A stretch of DNA of 63,042 nucleotides, filler included, from Reticulomyxa filosa (Eukaryota; Protista; Foraminifera), in NCBI GenBank assembly GCA_000512085.1. It is 20 parts of 20 records of this genome, joined end to end, with 100 filler letters (N's around TTAATTAATTAA, not from the genome) between each part and the next. Parts side by side here need not be neighbours in the genome. Positions count along the whole stretch, not along the records: positions 62,025 to 63,042 come from ASPP01043660.1; 19 more parts are not named here. One strand, 5' to 3'. Position numbers and translations under genes: made by a program. Below the pieces are notes generated by a model. That model was not told the origin of the DNA. It saw only the letters and a program-made list of their open reading frames with translations, and searched no databases. Below, in pieces: positions 62,878 through 63,042 of the stretch (position 1 is its first letter; the number at the start of each line of letters is the position of its first letter).

Positions 62878-62995
62878 CCCAACCGCTCCTGTACGTATAG
62901 TAAGGACAAAAACGGTAGTGGGATCGTCATATTGAAATTTTTCCAGTGCTCTTTGTCGCTGTTTCATTGTCATTCCACTGCGATAATTAAACTCG
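62878..62995 (-). pseudogene. SNF2/RAD5-like helicase-C fragment
   Basis: GMTMKQRQRALEKFQYDDPTTVFVLTIRTGAVG, followed by a GT donor. Confidence 0.7.
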
Positions 62996-63042
62996 TTTCC
63001 GCACATCCCAAATCCCAATTGTTTTGTCATTTGAAGATGACA
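62996..63042 (-). pseudogene. WD40 repeat fragment abutting the SNF2 fragment
   Basis: SSSNDKTIGIWDVR, in a different frame from the helicase piece. Confidence 0.6.

Overview
This window is not one locus. It is 20 short contigs joined by an artificial 100-nt spacer (N44-TTAATTAATTAA-N44, 19 copies), so neighbourhood only has meaning within a contig. Nineteen contigs are AT-rich eukaryotic DNA with short GT-AG introns, many homopolymer runs and many decayed gene copies. The gene families (expanded WD40, Kelch, TPR and caspase-like) resemble a foraminiferan such as Reticulomyxa filosa; this is an inference from recall, not a search. One contig (37428-38485) is GC-rich bacterial DNA with an ABC transporter permease and a Tat-exported binding protein. 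Recognisable genes include an RNF213/mysterin-like AAA+ ATPase, an SLC12 cotransporter, a small HSP, an ARMH1-like gene beside a KIF12/kinesin-16, a caspase-fold+TPR protein, DOLPP1 with one in-frame TAG, a nucleotidyl cyclase, a LINE RT, an AMPK-gamma-like CBS protein, a TPR/SAM protein and a CMGC kinase. Decayed copies include an ADP-ribosyltransferase, a caspase, FAH, a CH-CH protein, an ABC1 kinase, a Kelch gene and an SNF2 fragment. The best candidate for a new system is a ~33-aa single-exon module (EIxxIIxxWIRILxxKFGWIxDFDKxIxxY). It sits N-terminal to a WD40 propeller in one gene and C-terminal to a Kelch propeller in another, the pattern expected of a lineage-specific F-box/SOCS-box-like adaptor. 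Other notable signals are a shared TA-CAGT transposon end at two contig breaks, chimeric joins between unrelated gene fragments, and a high density of innate-immunity-like domains.
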